In this document: piece by piece, positions 1-13,138 of the stretch
Layout of the letters: each line of letters starts with the position of its first letter
How positions within the stretch are numbered: position 1 is the stretch's first letter
Assembly: GCA_951406725.2 (NCBI GenBank)
Contig: OX597822.1
Location: forward strand, 99,200,001-99,264,000
Reading direction: 5' to 3'
DNA: 64,000 nt
Source: Octopus vulgaris
Lineage: Eukaryota
The notes under the pieces: generated by a model
The model's input: only the letters and a program-made list of their open reading frames with translations
Databases searched by the model: none
Told to the model about the DNA's origin: nothing
Program-made: the position numbers and the translations under genes

Positions 1-172
1 TAAGTTAACACCTTCCATCAAAATTCCCTGTTAATTTATGTTCTAAACAACAACTTACTAATGACAAAGTAATTTTATTAAATTCTTCATTTTCAAAATT
101 AATTAAAACAAAATGCAGAAATCTGGTAAACAAAAATGTTAAAGTTATACTAATTTTGTTACAGATACTTAC

Positions 173-421
173 CAGCTTGCAAATGATCTTCAAATATGGC
201 CCAAGGTATTTATTAACACTGAGCACTTCAAGAATACGAATGTACCACAAAACAACATCTACGATATAAACAAGACGAGAGGCTTGTAAAGTGTCTTTGT
301 TGAAACGCAAACACACTCCTAATGAAAAAAACAAGATGGCGCATGTGTCCCAGATATTCCAGATGTTTGCCAAATAAACTCTCAGCTTCATTAACAGTTG
401 AACAGGTTCAGCAGCAATAAC
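173..421 (-). CDS. TRPM: TRPM exon: S2-S3 linker, S3, S4, S4-S5 linker (VIAAEPVQLLMKLRVY...WYIRILEVLSVNKYLGPYLKIICKL)
   Basis: Acceptor tttattctag|GTT at 421, donor CTG|gtaagt at 173; 249 bp, phase 0/0. WN..D, WYIR.L and VNKYLGPY motifs. Joins the 51310 exon in frame with no missing residues relative to the TRPM consensus (EK.R-EI..SEP..L..K). Confidence 0.96.
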
Positions 422-1287
422 CTAGAATAAACAGATGAAAATTGACCGATTGTTACTGAAAGAATAAACATGGAATTGTCCAATATGTCTCTGTTTTAAT
501 GTTATTTTCTATAATGAAAACATGACAAAATGTCGAATAACAAACATTTTCTTTTGTTATAAACTAACTACAGAAATACATACATTATTCAACTGAGAAT
601 TACTACACAAGAGATAGGAACAAATATTGGTTTGCACTCCCATTTAATAAGGTTATGAGACATCCATCAAAACAGTATATAAATCAACAATTTTGATGCC
701 AGAAAAATATACGATTGTCTTTCAATTTACACGGTACTTAGCTTGTTTGGATCAATGTTTTATTTTCTTTAATTTAACATGTACAAGGTACAAGCAAGGC
801 TGTATGGTTAAGAAGTTTGCCTCACAACCACATGGTTTTGTGTTCAGTCCCACTGTATGGCAAGTGTCTTCTATTATAGCCCTGGACTGAGTGAATATGA
901 TAGACTGAAACTGAAAGAAGCTTACTGTGTGTATGTGTGTATTTACATATATGTGTGTGTTAATGTCTCCTTGTCTTGACACCATGTTATAGTTATAAAT
1001 GACTGTCACTGTCATATAAGCGACATCCTTCATTTTCAGTCTTCCACAAAACCATATCTGGCCATAAGGAAATATTTTGCTTGAAAACAGGTGAGGGTGG
1101 GTCATCAACTCTCTACAAATTCCACCCAAACCATGTGAACTTGGATAAGTGGATGTTTAAAAAATAGATGATGATGATGAAAATTATCACTTCAACATTC
1201 CCATTTTGCTCTTTCCATTAGCTTACATTTTACTTTCACTTCACTTCTTCAGTAGTGAGGGAGACCGCACTCTAAACTAATGTTTAA

Positions 1288-1502
1288 CCCTTTCGTTACC
1301 ATATTTATTTTGAGATTCTCTGTGTTTCTTTCAATTACTTTTAAATCTAACAAAGGATTTAATAAAATAACTTAGTTTTCATTAAGCTAGTGTTAGGAAC
1401 ATAAATTGTGACTAAGATTTGGTGGAAGATTTTAATTCAAAACTTATGAAAACAAGACGTTTGTACTCAGAGCCAGTTTCAGCTGGGTTGTTAGTGAAAA
1501 GG
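1288..1502. mobile_element. TTAA-flanked (piggyBac-like) MITE, about 215 bp
   Basis: TTAA|CCCTTTCGTTACC...GAAAAGG|TTAA. Confidence 0.8.
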
Positions 1503-1546
1503 TTAAGCTGGAACTTAAACAAAAATTTTTTTTATAAATATTTTAA

Positions 1547-1754
1547 CCCTTTTGTTACCAAACCGGCTCTGGCTCTGAGTACAAATGTCTTGTTTTCATA
1601 AGTTTTGAATTAAAATCTTCCACCAAATCTTAGTCACAATTTATGTTCCTAACACTGGCTTAATGATAACCAAGTAATTTTTCTAAATTCTTTGTTATAT
1701 TTAAAGTAATTCAAAGAAACAGAGCATCTCAAAATAAATACGGTAACGAAAAGG
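1547..1754. mobile_element. TTAA MITE, inverted relative to 1288-1502
   Basis: TTAA|CCCTTTTGTTACC...GGTAACGAAAAGG. Confidence 0.8.
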
Positions 1755-2186
1755 TTATAGTATTTTATGACTGAATAATAAAGTTTTGAATGTCAAAGAA
1801 GTCAATTTTTGTAGAAATGATAATACATTCCATCAATTTCAAAATGGAAAGGGTTCAAAAGAAACTACAAAACCAGTTTAATATAAATGAATTGTTAGCA
1901 TAAGATAAAAAAAAAAAAAAATCAGTGCCAGTAGAATAACTGCTTCATCAATAACTTCCCATTATGGAAACAATAGGAAAAAGTATTATTTTGGATAGTA
2001 AATAAAACCCAATATTATAACAGTACTTGTACATGCACACACACACACACACACACACAAACAAGGAGGTGCTGGAAAGTTCCTGGCTTTCAGGGTATCT
2101 GCTTTTAACTGGTTTTAAAATCCTTAGACAAACCTTTTCTGATGTGTCATCGTCAGCAAAAACAATGAAGTTAAGAAAGACATTAA

Positions 2187-2400
2187 CCCATTTGTTACTG
2201 TATTTATTTTGTGGTGCTCTGTGTTTCTTTCAATTACTTTGAATATAACAAAGAATGTAGTAAAATAACTTAGTTATCATTCAGCTAGTGTTAGGGACAT
2301 AAAGTGTGACTAAGGTTTGGTGGAAGATTTTAATTCAGAACTTATGAAAACAAGACATTTGTACTCAGAGCCGGTTTCAACCGGGTTGGTAACGAAACGG
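2187..2400. mobile_element. TTAA MITE copy
   Basis: TTAA at 2183-2186 and 2401-2404; same family. Confidence 0.8.
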
Positions 2401-4338
2401 TTAAAGTATTTACAAAATCTTCAAGCTATGAAGTGACTATTAATTCAGAACCCCACCCCAAAAACTGGCACTCCATCACTTACGATGACAAGGGTTCCAG
2501 TTGATCCAACCAATGGAACAGCTTGCTCGTGAGATTAAAGTGCAAATGGCTGAGCACTTCACAGACACGCATACCCCTTCACATACTTCTCAGGGAGATT
2601 CAGCGTGACACAGAGTATGCATTTTTGCCAGTTGAGTGGAGTGGAGCACTGTGAAATAAAGTGCCTTGCTTAAGGATACAATGCACTGCTGGGAATCGAA
2701 TTTGCAATCCTGCGATTGCAAGCCGAATACTCTAACCACTAAGCCACATGCCTTCACAATTCAGAACCACAACTTCATGTATGTGTGTGTGTGTGTGTGT
2801 TTTAATATACTTCAGGTTTCAGGTCAGTCTCACTGTACAACACCTTGAGCAAATGTCCCATACTGTAGCCTTGGGTTGACCAAAAGCTTTGTAAGTGAAT
2901 TTGATAGACAGAAACTGGAAGAAGCCCTTTGATATGTATGTTCATTTTATCCTTGAGCAAGACACTTTATTTCACCATGCTCCAGTCTGCTCAGCTGGTA
3001 AAAATGAGTAGTATCCGTAATTTAAGGGGCCAGCCTTGTTACATTGTGTGTCATGCTGAATCTCCCTAGGAATCACATTAAGGGTACGCGTGTCTGTGGA
3101 GTGCTCAGCCACTTGCATGCTAATTTCACGAGCTGGCTGTTCCACTGATTGGATCAATTGGAACCCTTGTTGTCATAACTGACAGAATGCCAAGTCATAT
3201 ATGTGTGTGTGTGTGTGTGTGTGTATTCATATTCACAGCATGTGTGCATGCATATCTACATGTCCATTTACATTTGCAACAAACACTGCTTGTTATGAGT
3301 CATACTATAGTTAACAGTTCTCCTGTCAACAAAATATCTGCTCACCTCACACCATAGAATACATTTGGAACGAGAGATCCTTTACTTGAAAAAAAAAAAA
3401 AAAAAGCAGATACATATTAGTGACAGGAAGGGTATCCAGCTGCAAAACCATACCTCGATAATACATATGCCTAATCCATGCCGGTATGGTGAGAGTGGAG
3501 GGGAGAAGGAAAAAGTATGTAAAACAAATGGATATTTTTAGCACACTGATTTATTCTCAATCAACCAGCACACAAAGAAAAAAATCTTTTCCAGTTTAGC
3601 AAAATACAATACTCGATTTCAAAGCATTGTATAATTTATGTGGCTTTCAAACCATTCAGATTCACTATAAAAGTCTTAGGATGCCTTAAGGAAAGTTCTT
3701 TAACTAAAACTAAGAAAATACTCTCTACACTAGCATTAGTTGAATTGTTTTTATTACCATCCATTAATATATTTAATGCAGATTTTTCAAAAGGATGGAT
3801 CATTTAATGCTTCAGCTAGTATAAATATCCATTAATATGTTCCCATTATTTATGAGAGCTTCTTACAAATGCAGAAGAAAATGACAATGTGGAAGTATTT
3901 TATGATAACTTCAAAATCTGTTAAGTTTATTTAACACGGATTCGGACATAAAAAACTTCCAGTCTTCAAACCATGAATAAATACTGTCATATAATGTTGC
4001 TGAAATACCATGTTTAGAAAATGTCTATCGTTGAACGAAGCCAAAGTAATTTTCTTAGTAAATAATATTAATTTACCCCAGTAAGTAATGTTAAGGTGTT
4101 GATGATTTGATGACAGTGAAATCTGGTCATGCAGTGGAAGAAAATTCATGAAGTAGACAAGTTTGAGTGATTAAATTGAATGAGAGGAAAACATTCTAAT
4201 CAAATGTTTCACAGATTCTTAAGTTAATTACTAAAGTGAAAAAAATGAAAAGAAATTTTATATGGAAACAAGAGGCTGGAGAGCTACAGAAATGAAAATG
4301 GACTGAAATGAAAGTGCCTTAGTTATGTTTCTTTACAT

Positions 4339-4738
4339 TCATCATCATCATCATCATTGTTTGATGTCTGTTTTCCATGCTAGCATGAGTTGGACGGTTC
4401 GACTGGGGTCTGGGAAGCCAGGAGGCTGCACCAGGCTCCAGTATGATCTAGCAGTGTTTCTACAGCTGGATGCCCTTCCTAACGCCAACCACTCTGTGAG
4501 TGTAGTGGGTGCTTTTTACGTGCCACTGGCACAGGAAAAGGGGAGGCTGGCAACGGCCACGATCGGTTGATGCTTTTTACGTGCCACCAGCACGGAAGCC
4601 AGTCAAGGCGGTGCTGGCACCGGCCACATTCAGATGGTACTTTTTACATGCCACTGGCATGGGTATCACAACTACAATTTCCATTTGATATTTATTTTGA
4701 TGTTGATGTACTTGACTCAATAGGTCTCCTCAAGCACA
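4339..4738 (-). mobile_element. RTE 3'UTR-type repeat with (GAT)n tail
   Basis: (cat)n then ttccatgctagcatg...ctacagctggatgcccttcctaacgccaaccactc...gtgccacc units. Same sequence as the 3' end of the RTE at 59200-59690, in reverse. Confidence 0.8.
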
Positions 4739-5080
4739 TTGTCAAAATATATTGCCTTTCTTCTTTCCAGGGTCAATGTAATGAGTTGATTTAATCCATT
4801 ATCTGGTTTAGCACTATCTGGCCCTTTGGCACTTTTTGCAAACTTTATAGCAAGCATTTGCACCTCGCTTACTATCAGAGGATGACTCCTGCCTGTCAAC
4901 TCTGGGAAAAGATTTATAGGTAAAACCCTTCTTCCTCTGACTAAGCTATTAAAAATAAAAGTAGCAGTGATACACTGGAGTCTACTAGACTCTACTTTTT
5001 AGCTGTAAATTTATGGCCTTGTATCAATGTACTAAATCAGTGTGTATTAAAACAGGAGTGAGTTAATAAGCTAGACTATA

Positions 5081-5313
5081 CAGGATTGGCCAAAAGCCAC
5101 CTGACAGTAAATCAAAACCATTTAATTCTAAGATTTATTTATGTTTAACAACTGAATGAATTTAATAAAAGCATCTAAATATGAAACATCATGAAGATTG
5201 TTCAAACTGAAGTCCTTCTTGAGCAACACGTTTTCCCATTCAAGTCAATACAGAATTACAGATAGTATTAATGGAATTTTAATTTACTGTTGGGTGACTT
5301 TTGGCCAAGCCTG
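5081..5313. mobile_element. Tc1/mariner-type MITE
   Basis: TA|CAGGATTGGCCAAAAGCCACCTGACAGTAAAT ... ATTTACTGTTGGGTGACTTTTGGCCAAGCCTG|TA. Confidence 0.8.
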
Positions 5314-5663
5314 TATGTTTCACAGTGTGCTTTGAATGCCAGGCTACCAAGTTCAACTCTTGTCAGAGTTGACTTCATCTTTCATCCTCTTGCAGTTGAA
5401 AAAAGTTTGTACCAATAAAACATTGAGGTTGATTTAACTAACTATTCTCATTACTCTTTGAGTGAGATTTGAATTGAGAATGTAAAAGAAAACCAAACCA
5501 CTACCACAACGTGTTGTACAAGTCTATCAAATCTTCCATTAAATGTGTCATTTTGTAAATTTATAATATTTTAATCATGTCCATTCTTTACTCTTTAACC
5601 AAAAAAATAAAAGCAACAGAAAACCTAGACCATTTGGAAAGCTTGCTATGATGAAATATTTAA

Positions 5664-5884
5664 CTCTTTTGTTACCAACCCGGCCAAAACCGGCTCTGGC
5701 TCTGTAGTATAAATGTCTTGTTTTCATAAATTTTGAATTAAAATATTCCACCAAACCTTAGTCACAATTTATGTTCCTAACACTATCTGAATGATAACTA
5801 AGTTATTTTACTAATTTCTTTGTTATATTTAAAATAATTGAAAGAAACACAGAGCATCTCAAAATAAATACAGTAACAAAAGGG
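5664..5884. mobile_element. TTAA MITE copy
   Basis: TTAA flanks, same family. Confidence 0.8.
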
Positions 5885-6184
5885 TTAAGCACATTGGATA
5901 AAAAAAAAAAAAGAAAGAAAAATAGATTGCTTTGTGTCTGTTTACAACTACATCCTTAGAGACTAAAGTATTGTTGAATTAGTGTTAACAGATTTAATGT
6001 AATGAGAAAATAAATCTAATTAGAAAGACATAGTATGAACGAGACAACAATAGCCCTATGATTAATATTATTTTAATCATTTCAAAGGACATAAAGTCAC
6101 CTGTAGACATACTCTTGTCTCTGGCACACTGGTAAACTGTCTTTACTCTCTGCCATTTCTACTATTATTATTATTATTATTATA

Positions 6185-6475
6185 ACGGCTTCAGCTCCTT
6201 GGAGCTGGCTAGGCACCTGCCACCTCCTGACCAACTCATCTCTCTTCCTCTCTTCATCTTTGTAATGTCCATTCCACTAGCCTTAGACTAACCACTGGTC
6301 ACAGACTTTCTTCCTACAATCTTGGTCATCTGGAATGCCATCTTAATCGAAGCCTTTCCACAAGATGTTGACGTGCAAAGATTCAAGCGGAACATTAATG
6401 GCAAGAATTTCACCTGTTTAGGAGAGCTTGCAGAGGTCATGAGCACTGGTCCTTCCACCAGACCCAGCAAGTAAA
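6185..6475 (+). mobile_element. CR1/Jockey-group LINE 3' fragment
   Basis: Plus-strand translation SSLELARHLPP...FLPTILVIWNAIL.EAFPQDVDVQRFKRNIN resembles the ORF2 C-terminal F.PRT..lWNsLP...FK motif. Confidence 0.5.
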
Positions 6476-6755
6476 ATAACATAACCTCCCCCTCAAAACA
6501 GGGAGACAACTCTAATATGTTTCTGATGTATAAGACCTCCTCTATGGAAGTTTGAAGTAATGTTAGCCTAAGAGCTAATATCATCCTTTCCACACCAGAA
6601 GTATTTTTGACAGTCACTACATCAAATATGTTAAGAATGTTAATATTAACACTAACTGTGGTACGGAGAATCTGTACACCCCCATGACTGGCTAAGTGAA
6701 CCATACTAGTTAGTATAAACGAGCATGTGCAGAACAGTCCAGAAAGAGTGTCATA

Positions 6756-7086
6756 TCATCATCATCATCGTTTAACGTCCGTTTTCCGCGCTAGCACGGG
6801 TTGGACGGTTCGACTGGGGTCTGGGAAGCCAGGGCTGCACCAGGCTCCAGTCTGATCTGGCAGTGTTTCTACAGCTGGATGCCCTTCCTAACGCCAACCA
6901 CTCCGCGAGTGTAGTGGGTGCTTTTTACGTGCCACCTGCACAGGTGCCAGGGGGGTCTGGCATCAGCCACGATCGGTTGGTGCTTTTAACGTGCCACCGG
7001 CACGGAAGCCAGCCAAGGTGGCGCTGGCATCGGCCACGTTCGGATGGTGCCTTTTATGTGCCACCGGCACAGAAGCCAGTTGAGGC
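6756..7086 (-). mobile_element. RTE 3'UTR-type repeat copy
   Basis: Same family as 4339-4738, CpG-rich (young). Confidence 0.8.
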
Positions 7087-8805
7087 TGTGGTACAGGTCA
7101 TAGGAAACTACTGAATAGAGATATCGTAGAGTGCTTGTTGAAGATACACAGTTAAGGAGTAATAAGAGAACATCAGGAATGCTTGATATTATAACAGTTC
7201 AGATATAACAGTGACAACGAGAAGTCGTATGTCATATCACTAGCACTGATAGTTTTTCACATGAATGACACTGAATTAACTAACTCCAGTGCTTTATTTT
7301 TCTTTATTATTGTTAGCTGTGTAATTTGAAAAATTTATTAACATTTCCCAACAAATAATTTTATCTGACATCAATAGTGCAACAATCTCAAAAAGTCAAC
7401 GGAAATTTTTGCCAGAACCCTTTAGATGGATTAGCACTTTTGAGTCATCCATAAGCTTATCCTCTTTAGGCTTCACCTCTGTTTTATAAACTGGATATGG
7501 ATTAGAATAAATCCATGGTTGTATTAAAACAAAAAGGAATAAACAAGATAAAAACAAGCCGTAATTGTAATTCCAACTATTATAAAGTGAAAATGTTTTT
7601 CTATGTGTAGCATATGCTGAAATGATTAACAATAAACAAGCAAAAATTCTCACTTTTAGATTAATATTATCTAAACAAGCTAATGTGAAGAGCAGCTTTT
7701 GAAGCCTTAATTTTGTTTCTTTAAATTTAATTTAAAAATCACAACCTGAACTAAAAGACAGAGAAAAATACAACATCACCATCATTATCATCATCAGTAG
7801 TAGTATTTAGCATCCATATTCTATATTAGCATGGGTTGGATGGCTTGACAGGATCCAAGGAATATAATCATTAAAAAAAAAAAGGTTCTGCATGTTCGAG
7901 AAGCTTGCTTTATAACCACATAATTTCAGGTTCGATGGAATTAGTAGATCAGATCAAACCTTCTACATAGTGGAAGTTATCATCACCACCATCATCATCA
8001 TCAACATTTAACGTCTGTTTTACTGGCAGGCATGGGTTGGACGGTTTCACAGGAACTGGCAAAGCTAGGGGTCAAAGTCTGTTTTAGCTTGGTTGCTACA
8101 GCTGGATATCCTTCCTAATGCCAACCACTCTACAGAGTGTACTGGGTGCTTTTTACATGGCACTATCACCAGTGTCTTTTGTGTGGCACCAGCACCAGAG
8201 CTTTTTATGTGGCACCAGCACCCATACCAATGCATTTCACAAGGCACCCTGGTGTATGTTCTATCAACCCCCCTTTTATGGAATTGCCAAGTTACAAGGA
8301 TATAAACAAACCAATACCAGTTGTCACACACACACTGAACAGCCTTCTATACAGTTTCTTCATGGCACCTTTGGCAAGTGTCTTCTACTATAACCCAGGG
8401 CCAATCAATGCCTTGTGAGTGAATTATGGTAGATGGAAACTGTGAAGAAGCTGTTAGTGAATGTGGGTGTGAGTGCACATGTGCATGAACACACACACAT
8501 ACCATCATCATCCTTGTCATCATGATATCCACTTTTTCATGCTTGCATGGGTTGCACAGTTTACTGAGGCATATTTTCTATGGGGTGGTGGTGGTATGCC
8601 TTTCCTGACACCTACCCTTAACCGCAGCCAAGCAACATAATATTTCTGCATGGTCAGACATGTTTTGTATGACAGTGATGACACTCATTTACAACTATCA
8701 CATGATGTCAAGATGAGGAGAAACAAGCAAAGATATACAAATGTCAAGCTTCATTCAGTTTCCATCAACCAAACTCACTCACAAGGCTGATGCCCTTTCT
8801 TGATT

Positions 8806-9073
8806 TAAGATGGCAAGGTGTAATTTGGAGATTTAGCTGCTCTTTCAAGCAGGTTGATCAGCCATGCAGAGGCTCCCATATTAGCTATATCTTACCTTAG
8901 TTCAATACTTTTGTCAGGATATTTACAAATTTATATGACTGCCTCAAGATGGCAAGGTGTAATTTGAAAGAGTTTTAACTGCTCTTTGAAGCAGGTTGGT
9001 CAACCATATAGAGGCTCTCATATTAGCTAAACCTTGCTAAAGTTCAATACTTTATTCAGGGCATTTACAAATT
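8806..9073 (+). repeat. Direct tandem duplication, about 140-bp unit x2
   Basis: aagatggcaaggtgtaatt...agaggctc.catattagcta...agttcaatacttt...atttacaaatt occurs twice. Confidence 0.8.
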
Positions 9074-9296
9074 ATCAATGTCACAAGATTCTGCTTCCTT
9101 ATTGCTTGACTTTCAGAATGATGCTCTTGATATATAATTTTTTTTGTGTTGTTTAACCCTTTTAATACCAACCTACTTAAGCCAGCTCTTGGTTCTATGA
9201 GATAAACATCTTTTAAAGTGATCTAAATTAAAACCTTTCATCAAGATTTCATGCCAGTAGATATTCCTAATAGTAGCTTAATAATGACAAATTTGT

Positions 9297-9630
9297 GGAG
9301 GTGTATGGCTCAGTGGTTAGAGTGTCGAGTTTACGATCAAGAGGTTGTGAGTTTGATTCCCAGACCGGGATACGTGTTGTGTTCTTGAGCAAGACACTTT
9401 ATTTCACATTGCTCCAGTTAACTCAGCTGTAGAAATGAGTTGCAACATCACTGGTGCCAAGCTGTATCGGCCTTTGCCTTTCCCTTGGATAACATCAGTG
9501 GTGTGGAGCGGGAAGGCCGCTGTGCATGGGCGGCTGCTGGTCTTCCATAAACAACCTTGTCCGGACTTGTGCCTCGGAGGGTAACTTTCTAGGTGCAATC
9601 CCATGGTCATTCATGACCGAAGGGGGTCTC
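9297..9630 (+). mobile_element. tRNA-derived SINE family D (CORE-like), inserted in a TTAA MITE
   Basis: A-box tggctcagtgg, B-box-like gtttgattcc, ttgagcaagacactttatttcac. An inverted copy lies at about 27440-27785. Related heads at about 2465-2757, 14575-14860 and 20390-20697. Confidence 0.75.
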
Positions 9631-9828
9631 CTCCTCCTCCGAATAACAAATTTATTTTACTAAATTCTTCATTATTTTCAAAATTAAATGAAACAAAGGC
9701 AGTTGAATTTCAACAGAAATATGGTAACAAAGGGTTAAAGTGATCTACATTAAAGTCTTCCACTAAAATTCCACATTAATTTATGTTCCAAACATCAGCT
9801 CAATAATGACAAAACTATTTCACTAAAA

Positions 9829-10332
9829 TCATCATCATCATCATCATCATCATTTAACGTCCGCTTTCCATGCTAGCATGGGTTGGACGGTTCAACTGGG
9901 GTCTGGGGAGCCCGAAAGCTGCACCAGTCCAGTCAGATCTGGCAGTGTTTCTACAGCTGGATGCCCTTCCTAACGCCAACCACTCCGAGAGTGTAGTGGG
10001 TGATTTTATGTGCCACCGACACAGGTGCCAGACGAGGCTGGCAAACGGCCACGCTCGGATGGTGTTTTTTATGTGCCACCGACACAGGTGCCAGACGAGG
10101 CTGGCAGACGGCCACGCTCGGATGGTGTTTTTATGTGCCACCGACACAGGTGCCAGATGAGGCTGGCAAACGGCCACAATCGGATGGTGTTTGTTACGTG
10201 CCCACAGCACGGAGGCCAGTCGATGCGGTACTGGCTACGGCCACGTTCGGATGGTTTTCTTGTGTGCCACGTGCCACCGGCACTGGTACCACAAAGATAC
10301 AAATTCCATTGATGTTCATCTATTTTGATTTG
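9829..10332 (-). mobile_element. RTE 3'UTR-type repeat with three near-identical 62-63 bp internal units
   Basis: Family sequence. Units start atgtgccaccgacacaggtgccag at 10008, 10071 and 10133. Inserted within a TTAA-MITE-like sequence. Confidence 0.85.
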
Positions 10333-11272
10333 TTAAAATCTTTGTTAATTTTTAAAATTAATTGAAGCAAAATTAGCATATTTCGATAGAAATAGGACAA
10401 GAGGTTCAAATAAGCTGCTCTTATTACTTAGCTCCAGGTCAGCTCTTATGCAGCATCCTTATGATCAAAAGCACCTGAGCTGTGAACATCCCTTCTTTTG
10501 TTTTTTAGCTGCTATTTCTAGAAGGTCATAATGACTATACAGAGTCCTCACCCAACACTTGTCAGTTCGAGAAATGTACATGTAATTTTAATGACAATAT
10601 ATAATAAATTCACTTAAAATGCTTAGCAACATTTTGTCCGTCTTTACATTCTGAGTTCAAATTCTGGTGAGGTCAACTTTGCCTTTCATCCTTTTGGGGT
10701 CAATAAAATAAGTACCAGCTGAACACAGGGGTTGATGTAATCGACTTTACCCTCCCCTAAAATTGCTGGTCTTGTGCCAAATTTGAAATTTATAATTAAA
10801 TTTACTGATTTAATAAATTTCTGTGTATAAGAGGATTGAATTCAGATTACATTTAATTGAAAACTTTTTACATTTTTTTTTATTATTACATCTGAACAAA
10901 GTATGCAGATACAAAGGATATTTAAAGGGAAATCAAAAATGATTTCCCAAGATGATTTCATTGCAAAATAATTATTTACAATATAGTCAAATCACAACAT
11001 ATTTGATATTAAAAAAAAAAGTGTGTTAAGACAACAATAGAAAAATTTCCAATAGTTCCCTTGATAGACTATACAACAAACAGCTGTTTCTTGACAGATG
11101 ATGTAATCTCACAATTTTTATATGTCAATGAAGAACGAAAACAGAAAAATAGAGTTAGTGATTGAAAACTATGATAGAAAATGTCAGTAGTAAACTGGTA
11201 GGTTTTCCTGTCTTTTAATTAGCAGGATAGACTAGTCTATCATTGCTAGATAGACTTGTCTAGACTTTATAA

Positions 11273-11846
11273 CCCTTTAGCATTCAGATTGATCTGTTAA
11301 CCCTTTCATTACCAACCCGGCTGAAACCGGCTCTGGCTCTGAAGTACAAATGTCTTGTTTTCAAAAGTTCTGAATTTAAAATCTTCCACCAAACCATAGT
11401 CACAATTTATGTTCCTAACACTAGCTGCATGATAACTTAGTTATTTTACTAAATTCTTTGTTATACAGGGTCTCCACAAAGTCTGGGTACATGGAATAAA
11501 TAAAACCATAACATAAAGAATTAAATAAGAAATAATAATTTCTTAAAGTATGTGTCAATCCCCATGTACCCAGACTTTGCGGACACCTTGTATATAATAT
11601 AATAGAAGGAAACAGAGCATCTCAAAATAAATACGGTAATGAAAGGGTTAAACGTAATACTTATTTAATTCACATTGTTTTGAATTAATCTTGTGTTATT
11701 TCACAGCTTTGAGATTTCAATGATGTAATTATGTGTATATTTAGAATGACATCGTAGGATAGGTGTGACAGGCCAGATCTGGTCAATTTGAATGTAACAT
11801 AGGGAGAATATTTAGGCTACACATTGCTGGTTAAAATGCTAAGGTG
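11273..11846. mobile_element. Triple-nested MITE stack (outer TTAA MITE B > TTAA MITE A 11301-11647 > TA mariner MITE 11466-11590)
   Basis: Outer element matches the uninterrupted copy at about 55733-55953 in reverse. Middle element has a TTAA duplication (11297-11300, 11648-11651). Inner element has TIR CAGGGTCTCCACAAAGTCTGGGTACATGG and TA flanks. Confidence 0.8.
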
Positions 11847-11981
11847 TTAAACTTAGACTTGTCATGAGCCATATGATTCATAAGGCTAGAGCTTCACCCA
11901 GTTTCCATAATGTGTAAGTGACTGAGATTACAACACTCTCTCCTGAATGGGATGCTAGTCCATCACAGGGTTAACTTTCCA

Positions 11982-13138
11982 GGATCTTTGTAGTTTTCGT
12001 CACTGTTTATAATTTTGTTCCTATTGCTTTCAAATTTGGTGTATGGATTAAGTTTTGTAAACTAATTATGAAAATGGAATTCATTTTCCCTATAAATCTA
12101 TAATTAAAAAGTTATTAGCCTTTAACATTTGCAAAATTTGGGTATTGTAGCCAATCAGAAGTGAGTATTCTACATACCTATTTCTTTACTACCCACAAGG
12201 GGCTAAACACAAAGAGGACAAACAAGGACAGACAAACGGATTAAGTCAATTACATCGACCCCAGTGCGTAACTGGTACATAAGGAGAAGGAGATATGAGA
12301 AAGGTAATCTTCTACTATAATAATACTCCATCACAACATATGAATGAGAAAGGAAGGGGTGATGACAAACTGGTGTGATGGGGAAGTATGAGAACATTGA
12401 CAAGTTTATTAATTTGATTTACTATCCATATTATATATAAAATACTATAATCAGCCGTCATTTTTGATGGCACAGGGGCCAGCTAGTTTATTTTATAAAA
12501 TCCTAGAGTGTATTGCAAACTTTCGCTCTTGAATTTTTTAAACTAATAAATGTCTGTTTTAAACAATATTTTGACTGTTATTTCTAGCAACTTCTGTTGG
12601 TTTGTTTGTTCGTCGCTTTTAAACATTTAATTTGCTTGTAAATATTTTAATGTTAACTTCGTTCACGTATATTATGTTTTGACTTATTTCTAACAATGCT
12701 TTGACATGCTGATGCCCCCCCCCCCCCATGGAAGAGGCAACGAACGCACTGTTTTCTGAATGGCTGAAAATTATCAAAATTTGAACACCTGTAATATTTT
12801 TGCAAAATTTTTCTGGAATAAATGAATAACAAATTCGGATTCAGCGTCAAAAATTACATCTTTACTCTTACTTGTTTCAGTCATTTGACTGTGGCCATGC
12901 TGGAGCATCGCCTTTAGTCGGGCAAATCAATCCCGGGACTTATTCTTTGTAAGCCCAGTACTTATTCTATCGGTCTCTGTTGCCGAACCGCTAAATGACG
13001 GGGACGTAAACACACCAGCATCAGTTGTCAAGCAATGCTAGGGGGACAAACACAGACACACAAACACACATCTGTATGATACATTAAAATATTTTTTTTA
13101 AAGATAATTGTAAACAGTGACGAAAACCACAAAGATCC
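11982..13138. mobile_element. Non-autonomous DNA transposon with GG..CC termini, 33-bp TIRs and 8-bp TSD (Merlin-like), carrying nested SINE/Helitron pieces
   Basis: TIR GGATCTTTGT(A/G)GTTTTCGTCACTGTTTA(T/C)AATT at both ends. Flanks actttcca (11974-11981) and acttccca (13139-13146). Interrupts a SINE. Confidence 0.7.

Noticed and set aside
4717-4920. Unique-looking segment with a plus-strand acceptor/donor and a minus ORF (EVQMLAIKFAKSAKGPD)
   Set aside because: All plus frames are closed. The minus peptide only faintly resembles a LINE pre-RT motif, too weak to call.
7396-7653. 85-aa minus ORF as a possible alternative TRPM exon
   Set aside because: No AG acceptor after the pyrimidine tract and no homology recognised.
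9854-10365. Regularly spaced repeats and multi-frame ORFs resembling a CRISPR array or a repeat protein
   Set aside because: The units are contiguous with no unique spacers, lie inside a dispersed retroelement 3'UTR in eukaryotic DNA, and have no cas genes nearby.
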